From Candidatus Zixiibacteriota bacterium (GTDB taxonomy: Bacteria; Zixibacteria; MSB-5A5; UBA10806; 4484-95), in the NCBI GenBank assembly GCA_037441845.1, contig JBBIRK010000007.1:66575-130574 (forward strand): a DNA stretch of 64,000 nucleotides, written 5' to 3'. The number at the start of each line of letters is the position of its first letter. The first letter of the stretch is position 1. Shown in pieces: positions 1 through 8,053 of the stretch. The translations under genes and the position numbers were made by a program. The notes under the pieces were generated by a model, which saw only the letters and a list, made by a program, of their open reading frames with translations, was not told where the DNA came from and ran no database searches.

Positions 1-356
1 ACGAAACCATCACCGAACGGATACGAATTCCCTTGAACCTCTTCCGTATGCGACGTGGCCACCCACACGTGGGGAACGCCGAGATGAATTCCCGCTCCGA
101 GCGCTGAGACCTGTTCGCTCGGCAGGCCGGATCGGCCGTTGAACGTCAGCCAGCTGGCTCCGCCGTCGCTCGAGTAGGAAGCGCCGCCTCCGGTTCCCAA
201 CCAGACGCCGGTGCCATCGTAGGCGATATCTATCACCGAATTGGAAGTAATGCCCGCATAGGGGTCGTCGAGCGTGTAACTCATAAAGGCGGGCGTCGGC
301 GATGTCCTAACCAGGAGGACGACTATCGCGGCGGCCGTAATCAATCGATAATTCAT
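1..356 (-). CDS. Secreted beta-propeller / BNR (Asp-box) repeat protein, 5' part only (runs off window)
   Basis: Not in ORF track. Manual translation: MNYRLITAAAIVVLLVRTSPTPAF...GITSNSVIDIAYDGTGVWLGTGGGASYSSDGGASWLTF...VWVAT. Signal peptide, Asp-box YSSDGGASW, AAGGAG SD upstream. Confidence 0.8.
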   Translation of the reverse strand, partial: MNYRLITAAAIVVLLVRTSPTPAFMSYTLDDPYAGITSNSVIDIAYDGTGVWLGTGGGASYSSDGGASWLTFNGRSGLPSEQVSALGAGIHLGVPHVWVATSHTEEVQGNSYPFGDGF

Positions 357-385
357 GGTGCAGAGGTTCTCCTTGCGAAATTTCG

Positions 386-1222
386 TTAGTAAGCTTGAAT
401 ATAAATAATCGTGTCGACATCGCGGGCCGGATTGCCTTCGAGATCGACCGCACTCAATCGCAAAAGATAACGACCTGCGGCGAAATCTCCGCCGGCGGCG
501 GGAATTTCCCGCGAATAACGACCGTCTCCCGATACACTATCACCGGCGATTCCCGCGTCGTTCAACAGATAAGTGCCCATAAAATCGGTGGAATCGAAAT
601 AAAGGCTCGACCAAACGCTGTCTATATCCGTCAGCCCATCGATATCGAAAAGACGGGCGGCAGTCAAAAGATGATCGATTCCGTTCGGGAAAAAGCCGAT
701 ATTGACCCGGGAAATTACCGGACCCGGCCATTCGTAGGCGGTGACAACTTTGGTTAACTCCGGCGAATCGTTGCCGACCCGATCGAAAGCCCGGAAACGA
801 AAAGTATAATCACCGGTTTGGTTGGCGGTCGAGGGCGCCTGAATCCCGATTGTGTAGATACCGTCGCCGGCCGTCGAATCGCCGGCCAGGCCGTTGTCGA
901 GCAGATAAAATCTATAACCGTTGGAGCTGCCGTCGGGGCGAATGACGACGAAATAAACCGAATCGATATCGGTCAGTCCCTGAGGATCGCGGACGCTGAC
1001 GTAGATATATGATGTATCGGGGCTCCCTTTTTGAAGCGAATCCGGGCAAATCAAATTGTATAGCTCGGGTGATTCGCTTTCGGCGGGATTGCTGCATCCG
1101 ATAAGAAAGGTGCATACACTCACCAATATGATCATTGAAGTTGCGATAACTACAATATGCAGGATTTCGAATGCACGGACGTCTGACAAGTTTCCGCAGA
1201 TGAATTTTCCGAATTTGCTCAT
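386..1222 (-). CDS. Lipoprotein with two choice-of-anchor-X-like (LxDxGxxGDxxxGDGxY) domains; start uncertain
   Basis: Lipobox LIGC; repeats LLDNGLAGDSTAGDGIYT and LNDAGIAGDSVSGDGRYS. Confidence 0.7.
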   Translation of the reverse strand: MSKFGKFICGNLSDVRAFEILHIVVIATSMIILVSVCTFLIGCSNPAESESPELYNLICPDSLQKGSPDTSYIYVSVRDPQGLTDIDSVYFVVIRPDGSSNGYRFYLLDNGLAGDSTAGDGIYTIGIQAPSTANQTGDYTFRFRAFDRVGNDSPELTKVVTAYEWPGPVISRVNIGFFPNGIDHLLTAARLFDIDGLTDIDSVWSSLYFDSTDFMGTYLLNDAGIAGDSVSGDGRYSREIPAAGGDFAAGRYLLRLSAVDLEGNPARDVDTIIYIQAY

Positions 1223-1229
1223 CTTAACA

Positions 1230-1258
1230 ATCTTATCAGGCGTCCTCCCGCGTTTCAA
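1230..1258 (-). promoter_or_regulatory. sigma70-like promoter TTGAAA-N17-TAAGAT
   Basis: Direct motif match, 7 nt upstream of in-frame ATG at 1222. Confidence 0.45.
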
Positions 1259-1285
1259 GCTAAAATAGTGCTTTTGCATATTATG

Positions 1286-2200
1286 TCAAGCGCTTAATCG
1301 GCCTATTTGTTCCAGCAATAATCCATGACGCAACCCGCCCGGCGAAACCATCATGGAGTCGACGCCGAAACTTTTCATGAATGAGCTGAGTATCGCTCCG
1401 CCCGGCACGATTATATCGGCGCGCGGGGTGTCGAAAGGAATCGCTTCCCTGCGTTTATCGATAGTCATGGAGGACAACTCGATCAAGCATCTTTTCAACC
1501 CTCCGGCTTCGAGCCGAAGTCCTTTCGGCCATGTATCCGGAAACACTTTGAACCCTGCGCTGTATAACGCCAATGTCACGGCCGAGCCGCCAATCGCATA
1601 GACCGATATCGATCCTCCCGCCAACAACCGCCTGAAATCCGACGATTCGAACAGGCTGCCGGCGCGCTCGAGATATCGATCGGGCGGCATTTCATATCCG
1701 ATTTCCTCCGCCAGCGCAACCGCCCCCAACCCGATACTCCGCCAATCCCGCATTTTTTTGCCGATACCGATTGCAAGTTCCGTCGAACCGCCGCCTACAT
1801 CTATAACCGCATTCAATCCGTCGCCGGCATCAACCGCATTGGTCGCACCGAGAAATCCGAGGGCGGCTTCTTTGGCCGGACTGATGATTTCGACTTTCAC
1901 GCCAAATTCACTGCTTAACGACAGAGCGAACGCATCGCCGTCTTTAGCCCGCCGTAACACTTCGGTGGCGACGATCCGTAGATCCGTTCCGCAGTCGGCA
2001 AGTTCGCTCAATGCAATCCGTAGAGCCGATCGCAACCTTTGTTTATATTCCGCGGATAGGTTGCCATCGGAATCATACCTCACTCCGGCTCGGTAGTGAT
2101 GTCGATTATCGACTATTACCCTAAGGTTATCTTTATCCATATATCCGGCCAGAGAAAGGACGGTATTGGTGCCGATGTCGATGGCGCCGTACAACTTCAT
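1286..2200 (-). CDS. Ppx/GppA family phosphatase (short form)
   Basis: AIDIGTNT, VATEVLR, EAALGFLG, IDVGGGSTE, RADIIVPG, GLRHG motifs; ATGA overlap with upstream gene. Confidence 0.9.
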   Translation of the reverse strand: MKLYGAIDIGTNTVLSLAGYMDKDNLRVIVDNRHHYRAGVRYDSDGNLSAEYKQRLRSALRIALSELADCGTDLRIVATEVLRRAKDGDAFALSLSSEFGVKVEIISPAKEAALGFLGATNAVDAGDGLNAVIDVGGGSTELAIGIGKKMRDWRSIGLGAVALAEEIGYEMPPDRYLERAGSLFESSDFRRLLAGGSISVYAIGGSAVTLALYSAGFKVFPDTWPKGLRLEAGGLKRCLIELSSMTIDKRREAIPFDTPRADIIVPGGAILSSFMKSFGVDSMMVSPGGLRHGLLLEQIGRLSA

Positions 2201-3576
2201 TTTTTGATCGTATTTACCGCGCGGTAGGCTTTCGCCTTGCTCATTAGGTTGGCATCGCTTTGAGGAAACCAGACGAGCTCTCCGTTTGCTGGCAACGAAT
2301 TCCGCACTATGGAGATCCAATCTTTAAGGCCAGGATATCGATAAGTTGAAACCTGCCATAGAAAAACGGCCATTTCGCGGGCATCGGCTTCCGAAATTGT
2401 GACCTCGGCGAGGTCGGGAGGCAGCTTGTTTTCGAGTCGGTCTGAAGGCTGGGATCTGAACATTCTAAGAGCGGCTTCGGCCCAGCGACCGACATCTGCC
2501 GATCGAAACGCCGGGGCATAAAGATAAAACAGGTTTTCTCGCTTGGCTTGGGCCATCAACGAAAGCTCCGAAACCAAAAGCTCAGCATAATCGGCCACCT
2601 TTTTATAGGTTTTTCCCGACTTAATTTCAAGATGAAACCGCCAATAAGGAGCTACTCCGCCATTGGCCACCAGCGGATTTGAGGATTTCAGACCTGATTG
2701 ATCGAGCAAATAGCCGCGCCGGCAGTTTTTGCAGCCGAAAAAAAGGGAAAACTGCGACTCGGCCAAATCTGCCCCGCAATTGGGACACTGATGCTTTTCC
2801 GGCTTGATGAAAATGGAGTTTTTCTGAGTCGATTGCGGTCCGGTATAATCAAAAGGAAAATCGAGCGACTGGTAACCGCGTCCTGCAAGGGCATCGACAA
2901 ACACCGCTTTTTGAGCGCCGGCGAATTCATGATTGATGACCCAGATCGGAAAATAAACAACCGATACCTGGCTTCCGATCATCGCCTGACACAACGGTTC
3001 CGCCCTGTTATAATAAGTCAGATTCGCCGTGTGTTGCTTCAAGGCAAGCTCACGAGCGTCGCCTCCGGCTATCGCAGATCCCACCATAATCCCCCCCTCC
3101 GGCATCGCCGGTCGTTCGGCATACAGCGGAACCGCCACCGGCCTGACTCCAAGCGAATCCAAGCCGAATTCCGGCTGGGTATATGCCGGAAAGGTTATAT
3201 CGAAATCTTTTCCTTTCAGAACGAATTTTCTTCGATATTCAATCAAGCCGTCGCTTTCGGGGATCTCGATTACTTCTTCGGTGCGAAGATAATCGATTGC
3301 CATTCCCCGGAATCTGTAAAAAGGAAGATAATAAAAACGGATATTGACGATAGCCCCGGTGAGCGGCAAACCGTTTTCCTTTAGGAAACGATCGGCGGCC
3401 GTGCGGGCGGCACGGGAGTCCAATTTAGGCGCATAAAAATATTTGAGGACGGCACCCGGCTTGGCGATTCTTACTATCAAACCGCAAAATTCACATCGAT
3501 TGACCGTTGCGCCCTCTGGAGCATGCGATAATTTTCCGCAGCCCGGACAACTATAAATCAAATTATTTTCGGTCAT
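2197..3576 (-). CDS. Zinc-ribbon protein (YdjG-like), unknown function
   Basis: CPGC/CEFC at N-terminus, CPNC/CKNC internally; YYLPFY and YFPIW motifs; overlaps upstream SPFH gene. Confidence 0.7.
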   Translation of the reverse strand: MTENNLIYSCPGCGKLSHAPEGATVNRCEFCGLIVRIAKPGAVLKYFYAPKLDSRAARTAADRFLKENGLPLTGAIVNIRFYYLPFYRFRGMAIDYLRTEEVIEIPESDGLIEYRRKFVLKGKDFDITFPAYTQPEFGLDSLGVRPVAVPLYAERPAMPEGGIMVGSAIAGGDARELALKQHTANLTYYNRAEPLCQAMIGSQVSVVYFPIWVINHEFAGAQKAVFVDALAGRGYQSLDFPFDYTGPQSTQKNSIFIKPEKHQCPNCGADLAESQFSLFFGCKNCRRGYLLDQSGLKSSNPLVANGGVAPYWRFHLEIKSGKTYKKVADYAELLVSELSLMAQAKRENLFYLYAPAFRSADVGRWAEAALRMFRSQPSDRLENKLPPDLAEVTISEADAREMAVFLWQVSTYRYPGLKDWISIVRNSLPANGELVWFPQSDANLMSKAKAYRAVNTIKK

Positions 3577-4684
3577 CGCCGAGCTGGTTGCCGCATTTCG
3601 GGCAGAACTTCGCCTCAAGCGACGGTTCGAAACCGCAACGGCCGCAAATCGTTTTTGCCGCGATTTTGTGGCCGCAGTTATGGCAGAAATTGACAGACGT
3701 CGGCAATTCCGCTTTGCACTCGGGACAGAGGGTTACGGTCACGATCTGATAGCCGCATTTGAAACAAAAACGCGAGTCAGCCGGTGTCTCGGCGCCGCAT
3801 TTGGGACAGGCAAAGCCGACTGACTCCTTGGGCGATTCCGACTGTCTCTGCCCCAGTGCATCCTGAAATATCCCGGGCACCATCAGCCCCACGCCGGCCC
3901 CCATGCCTATACCGGTGCCCGTCTGGGCGGCGTTTCCTTGAGCGGTCATGGCTTTGGCCAGCGAGTATTTGAGGAAATTATTGAGATCCCCCACGGCTTT
4001 CATGGAGGATTTTTCGTCGATCATTTTTTGCACTTCATCCGGTGGCGTAATCGAGGTGATGAAGAAATCTATCAATTCGAGGCCGTATTTCCGGAAATCA
4101 TCGGAGATGCGAATTTTGATATCGCGGCCGAGTTCGTCATAGTTGGCCGGCAGATCGAAAATCGTCTCGAGCCTTTCGCCGAACATATCGTTTATCCTGG
4201 CCACGATCAAATCTCTCAAGTAATCGGATATATCCGAAGTGGTGAATTTGGCTTCGCGCCCCACGATGGAATTTATGAAAGCCAGGGGTTCGACTATCCG
4301 ACAAGTGTAGGCGCCATAACCGCGCAAACGGACGAGTCCCAATTCGCGGTCGCGGAAAGTCACGGGATCTTTGGTTCCCCACTTGAGGTTGGTGAATACT
4401 TTATGGTTTATGAAATAAACCTCGCAGCGGAACGGGGATTTGAAACCCCAGGTCATGGAGAGAGCCCGGGTCAGAAGCGGCAAGTTAAGGCTGGTTAACG
4501 TGTGTCGGCCGGGACCCAGCACGTCATAGGCGCGGCCGCTGCGGAAAAACACGGCCGATTGCGAATCTCTCACGATAACCTGCGCGCCGAGTTTTATGTC
4601 CGCCGAACCCTCGGGAGGATAGCGATAAATCATATCCTCCCCGGTCATATCCATCCACTCGATTATTTCCATTACGATTGACAT
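3563..4684 (-). CDS. SPFH/Band-7-like (YdjI-type) protein with C-terminal zinc ribbons
   Basis: VIVRDSQSAVF..G, GPGRHTL, KWGTKDP, GMGAG linker, six CxxC motifs; SD GAAAGGAG. Confidence 0.88.
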   Translation of the reverse strand: MSIVMEIIEWMDMTGEDMIYRYPPEGSADIKLGAQVIVRDSQSAVFFRSGRAYDVLGPGRHTLTSLNLPLLTRALSMTWGFKSPFRCEVYFINHKVFTNLKWGTKDPVTFRDRELGLVRLRGYGAYTCRIVEPLAFINSIVGREAKFTTSDISDYLRDLIVARINDMFGERLETIFDLPANYDELGRDIKIRISDDFRKYGLELIDFFITSITPPDEVQKMIDEKSSMKAVGDLNNFLKYSLAKAMTAQGNAAQTGTGIGMGAGVGLMVPGIFQDALGQRQSESPKESVGFACPKCGAETPADSRFCFKCGYQIVTVTLCPECKAELPTSVNFCHNCGHKIAAKTICGRCGFEPSLEAKFCPKCGNQLGDDRK

Positions 4685-4818
4685 GGTCACGCTCCTTTCG
4701 GCCGTACCGGTCGAATTTATGGTATTGATATCCGCGGCGCCCATGCGCCCATTAACGATTATCGGCCGCCAATGGAGGGGTCTATAATGAGGAGTTGATT
4801 TGAATTGGAATGGTGCCG

Positions 4819-5766
4819 TTAAAGGTTGCAGCCGGCGTTTTCGGGGGGCGATTCGCCGTTTGTTCTTATTCGGTCTTCCGAATCTGTGGTTTTGCGGCAG
4901 CATTCGCATTCGAGTTGTAAGGTCGCATGACGAATTCCGTATTTTTCGGCAAGAACCGCATTGAGTTGATCGAGGATTTTCCGGCCCAAATGCGGGCTGT
5001 CGCCGGCGATGATGAGATTGGCCATTAACATGTTATTATGGGAGGAAAGCGTCCAGATATGTAGATCGTTGATTGCCGTAACCCCCGGTGTCGCCAGAAT
5101 ATCGGCGGCCACCGCCCGCGAATCGATACCCGTAGGAGAACCTTCGAGAAGTATATGGACGGCATCCCGCAAAACACCAAAGGCACCGCGGATGATTATA
5201 AGACCTATCAATATGGAAATAATCGGATCGACCAGGCGATTGCCCGTAAGAGCAATTACAACCCCGCCGACTATCACCCCAATAGACGCCAGCATATCTC
5301 CCAGCACGTGCAGGAATGCCGAACGCACGTTCAAGTTATGTCCGGCAGCGGAATTTAGCATCAAAAGTATCCCGAAATTGACGGCAAGCCCGATGATGGC
5401 CACCACCAACAGGGGAACGCTTTTCACATCTTCCGGCGCGCCTATCCTTCGATACGCTTCCCAGAATATCAAGATAGAAATCACCAACAGCGATAATCCG
5501 TTCAGAATAGCGGCCAAGATTTCCACCCGGTGATAACCAAACGTCTTACGGGGATTGGCCGGCAGACCAGCCAGATACAGGGCCGCCATAGATAGGCCGA
5601 TTGCCATCATGTCGGCGAACAAATGACCTGCATCGGACAATAGAGCCAGCGAATTGGCCGCAATACCACCGATAACCTCGACCATAAATATGAATCCGGT
5701 AAGCAACAATGCCAGTCTCATCTTTTTGATCAACTGGCTTTGAATGGCATCTATCTTGTTTTTCAT
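4819..5766 (-). CDS. Cation diffusion facilitator (CzcD/ZitB-like) metal exporter
   Basis: SLALLSDAGHLFAD, TFGYHRVEILAA, NVRSAFLHVLGD, DLHIW, HATLQLE. Confidence 0.93.
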   Translation of the reverse strand: MKNKIDAIQSQLIKKMRLALLLTGFIFMVEVIGGIAANSLALLSDAGHLFADMMAIGLSMAALYLAGLPANPRKTFGYHRVEILAAILNGLSLLVISILIFWEAYRRIGAPEDVKSVPLLVVAIIGLAVNFGILLMLNSAAGHNLNVRSAFLHVLGDMLASIGVIVGGVVIALTGNRLVDPIISILIGLIIIRGAFGVLRDAVHILLEGSPTGIDSRAVAADILATPGVTAINDLHIWTLSSHNNMLMANLIIAGDSPHLGRKILDQLNAVLAEKYGIRHATLQLECECCRKTTDSEDRIRTNGESPPENAGCNL

Positions 5767-5806
5767 CAATCGAGTCAACCAGCGTTTCGATTGGAATTGT
5801 TTCAAC

Positions 5807-5828
5807 AAAAAGCCCCGTATAACGGGGC
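5807..5828 (-). terminator. Intrinsic terminator GCCCCG-TTATA-CGGGGC-TTTTT
   Basis: GC-rich stem plus U tract just downstream of the M23 gene. Confidence 0.75.
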
Positions 5829-5856
5829 GAATAAACGATAATATGCGGTTCCGTCT

Positions 5857-6771
5857 TTAAGGAGTATAAAGCGCGGTCTTGACGGCGAAATTCAGCGGGT
5901 TGACCGGCTGCCCGTTTTTTCTGACTTCATAATGCAGATGCGGACCAGTCGATTGGCCGGTCGAGCCCACGAAGCCAATGACATCCATACGCTTGACGGA
6001 ATCACCGCGGCGCGCCTTTATCAGACTCATATGGCCATATACCGTAACTATTCCGAAACCATGATCGATAACTATACAATTGCCCAGGCCCTGTTCCCAC
6101 CCGGCGGAGACCACTCTACCGGCGGCCGGCGCATGTATGGGTGTGCCGCGTTCGGCGGAAATATCCAACCCGTTATGCATCTGGTAAAACCCGGTTACCG
6201 GATTCACCTGCATACCGATTCCTCGGGTGATAAATCCCTCGACAGGCATAATCGACGGCGTATGATCGAGTTGTTCCCGTTTGCTTTGAAGCTTATCGTA
6301 AACGTCGCTAAACGATGCGTTCTCCAATTTAATCTGTCGCAGGATCTTTTCTATATCATTTTCGATTACGGTGACCTGATCCACCAACGGCGAAAATATA
6401 TCGGCAGTCTCGAACGTGCGTCCGCCAATACCGACCTCGCGGATAGAGGGATCGATGCTCGGCAGGTCGAACACCAGACGGATATTCTCGTCTTTTTCGA
6501 TTATGCCGGCCATTTGGCCCTTAATCAACTCAACCGATTCCTGAAGCTCTTTTATTTTCTCGGCGAAAAAGCGATTTTCCCTTTTCAGCGTGGCCAGTTT
6601 ATGGTGATCCACATTTCTTCTGAAAAAGCCGATGGTAAAACCAAACAAAGTGATAAACAGAAAAGCGATCAACGTGGCTGCGGCGATTATTTTCCAACCG
6701 GTCAGGTGCTTCCGGATAACACGACCGGTATTTTCCGGAACGATTAAGAGCGAAAATCTGGTTCCAAACAT
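5857..6771 (-). CDS. M23 family metallopeptidase with N-terminal TM and coiled coil
   Basis: HNGLD, YGHMS, STGPHLHYEV; SD GGGAGGGAG. Confidence 0.92.
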   Translation of the reverse strand: MFGTRFSLLIVPENTGRVIRKHLTGWKIIAAATLIAFLFITLFGFTIGFFRRNVDHHKLATLKRENRFFAEKIKELQESVELIKGQMAGIIEKDENIRLVFDLPSIDPSIREVGIGGRTFETADIFSPLVDQVTVIENDIEKILRQIKLENASFSDVYDKLQSKREQLDHTPSIMPVEGFITRGIGMQVNPVTGFYQMHNGLDISAERGTPIHAPAAGRVVSAGWEQGLGNCIVIDHGFGIVTVYGHMSLIKARRGDSVKRMDVIGFVGSTGQSTGPHLHYEVRKNGQPVNPLNFAVKTALYTP

Positions 6772-6803
6772 AACTCCCTCCCGGAAACCATAAAACCGCG
6801 GCA

Positions 6804-6832
6804 AATTTATACGAACCGCTCGAATCTGTCAA
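6804..6832 (-). promoter_or_regulatory. sigma70-like promoter TTGACA-N17-TAAATT
   Basis: Consensus -35 with 17-nt spacer upstream of the M23 gene. Confidence 0.6.
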
Positions 6833-6846
6833 GATGATAATTGTTA

Positions 6847-6987
6847 TTATTTGATCAGCAGGTAGTCGCGCTTGAGAATCTTGGTTACCACCTTGACGAA
6901 TTTCTCAGGCTGCAGCGCCTGCAAACTATAAAGGTGCCAGCAGTTTTTTTCCGGCAGTTTGAGGCCGGGTTTGCGTTTCTTGGACAT
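6847..6987 (-). CDS. Small basic hypothetical protein (46 aa, MSKKRKPG...)
   Basis: ATG preceded by purine-rich GGGGAAGGG; fills gap on the coding strand. Confidence 0.45.
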   Translation of the reverse strand: MSKKRKPGLKLPEKNCWHLYSLQALQPEKFVKVVTKILKRDYLLIK

Positions 6988-7005
6988 CGCCAGACCCTTC
7001 CCCTG

Positions 7006-7168
7006 TCCTGCCGAAAACTTTACGTTTTCAATATGTGCCTGCAAAATTTATCGGCAGGAAGTTAGTTTCCTTAACGGCTGATGTTTTAGAGAACCGCAGG
7101 AATCGATTGCAATTACCGTTCCTCCGAAGAAGGCTTACGGTTATTGCGCAGCCATCGGCCAGTCGATT
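7006..7168 (-). ncRNA. Candidate structured RNA (leader or sRNA), family not recognised
   Basis: Nested stems 7101-7168 and 7109-7147, plus a long hairpin 7006-7059; strand uncertain. Confidence 0.3.
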
Positions 7169-7227
7169 GTCCTTATTCCTCTTACCTAAACTATAAAGAT
7201 CGTTCAAGAAGTGACCATCAGGGACGA

Positions 7228-7249
7228 ATTATGGGGATTTTCCCATAAT
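7228..7249. promoter_or_regulatory. Palindromic operator candidate ATTATGGG-N6-CCCATAAT
   Basis: 8-bp perfect arms; near-identical copy at 45597-45617. Confidence 0.5.
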
Positions 7250-7312
7250 CGGAGTGGGCTCGCAATAATTCATATCATAATGGCGAAATTGCGAATCAGC
7301 GAAATCAACCGG

Positions 7313-7465
7313 TCAACCACCGGATTGATCGGGAGGTTGCGGTTTCCTGAGCGCCCGAAGAATAACCCAGGCCACGGCTCCGAGCATAGGCATGATCATT
7401 AAAATCAGAACCGTAACCGCCCAGAAAGGCTCATCGTCGAAAAATCGTTTCAGCTCGTCAGGCAT
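7313..7465 (-). CDS. Small single-pass membrane protein (50 aa)
   Basis: Manual translation MPDELKRFFDDEPFWAVTVLILMIMPMLGAVAWVILRALRKPQPPDQSGG*; one TM helix followed by basic residues; below ORF-track cutoff. Confidence 0.65.
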   Translation of the reverse strand: MPDELKRFFDDEPFWAVTVLILMIMPMLGAVAWVILRALRKPQPPDQSGG

Positions 7466-7491
7466 GTACGCCCGTTAAATCAATCACCCGA

Positions 7492-8016
7492 TTAAAAAAC
7501 TCGACCGACACTGGCGGCATATTCTTTCAGCGATTTATTTTTATAGTGACCTTCACCGACATATCCCAGCACGACTTTGAAATCCTCGATAGAAGCATAC
7601 CCGGGATAGTAATTTATCGGAGCGCCGTCGGACTCCAAAAACCATGTTTGCGGGTAGCCCGAAATTTGGTATTTCGTCGCCAGCGTCCGGCCGTTCACCT
7701 GACCCTCGGGGGCCGCTATCATTTCGTCCGACCACCCGTTTATCCGGATCGGCACGAAAAACCGCTGGATCTGTTCGGCGATTTCCTTATCGGAAAATGT
7801 CTTGTTTTCCATCTTTTTGCACCATCCACACCCCGGCCTCCAGAAATAAAGCATGACCCGTTTACCGTCGGCGGCGGCCTCGTCCAGACCGGCTTGATAT
7901 TGCCGCCAATTGATCAATTCAAGCGCGCCGGTCTGTCGGCTGCGGCACGATAATCCCGTCAGTGACGCCATGAATAATGTGAAGCCCAATGTCGCCGCGA
8001 TCGCTGTTCTTATTAT
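7492..8016 (-). CDS. Thioredoxin-fold (SoxW/DsbD-like) lipoprotein; start ATA 8016 or TTG 7989
   Basis: CGWC active site, cis-Pro motif GYP, lipobox GLSC. Confidence 0.82.
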   Translation of the reverse strand: MIRTAIAATLGFTLFMASLTGLSCRSRQTGALELINWRQYQAGLDEAAADGKRVMLYFWRPGCGWCKKMENKTFSDKEIAEQIQRFFVPIRINGWSDEMIAAPEGQVNGRTLATKYQISGYPQTWFLESDGAPINYYPGYASIEDFKVVLGYVGEGHYKNKSLKEYAASVGRVF

Positions 8017-8053
8017 TTTGCGCTCCGTGGTTGACTGATTATGAGCTATTCGG

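Noticed and set aside
7090..7170. c-di-AMP (ydaO), c-di-GMP or 6S RNA identity for the structured region
   Set aside because: Only a CGGAGGAAC resemblance; other conserved elements not found
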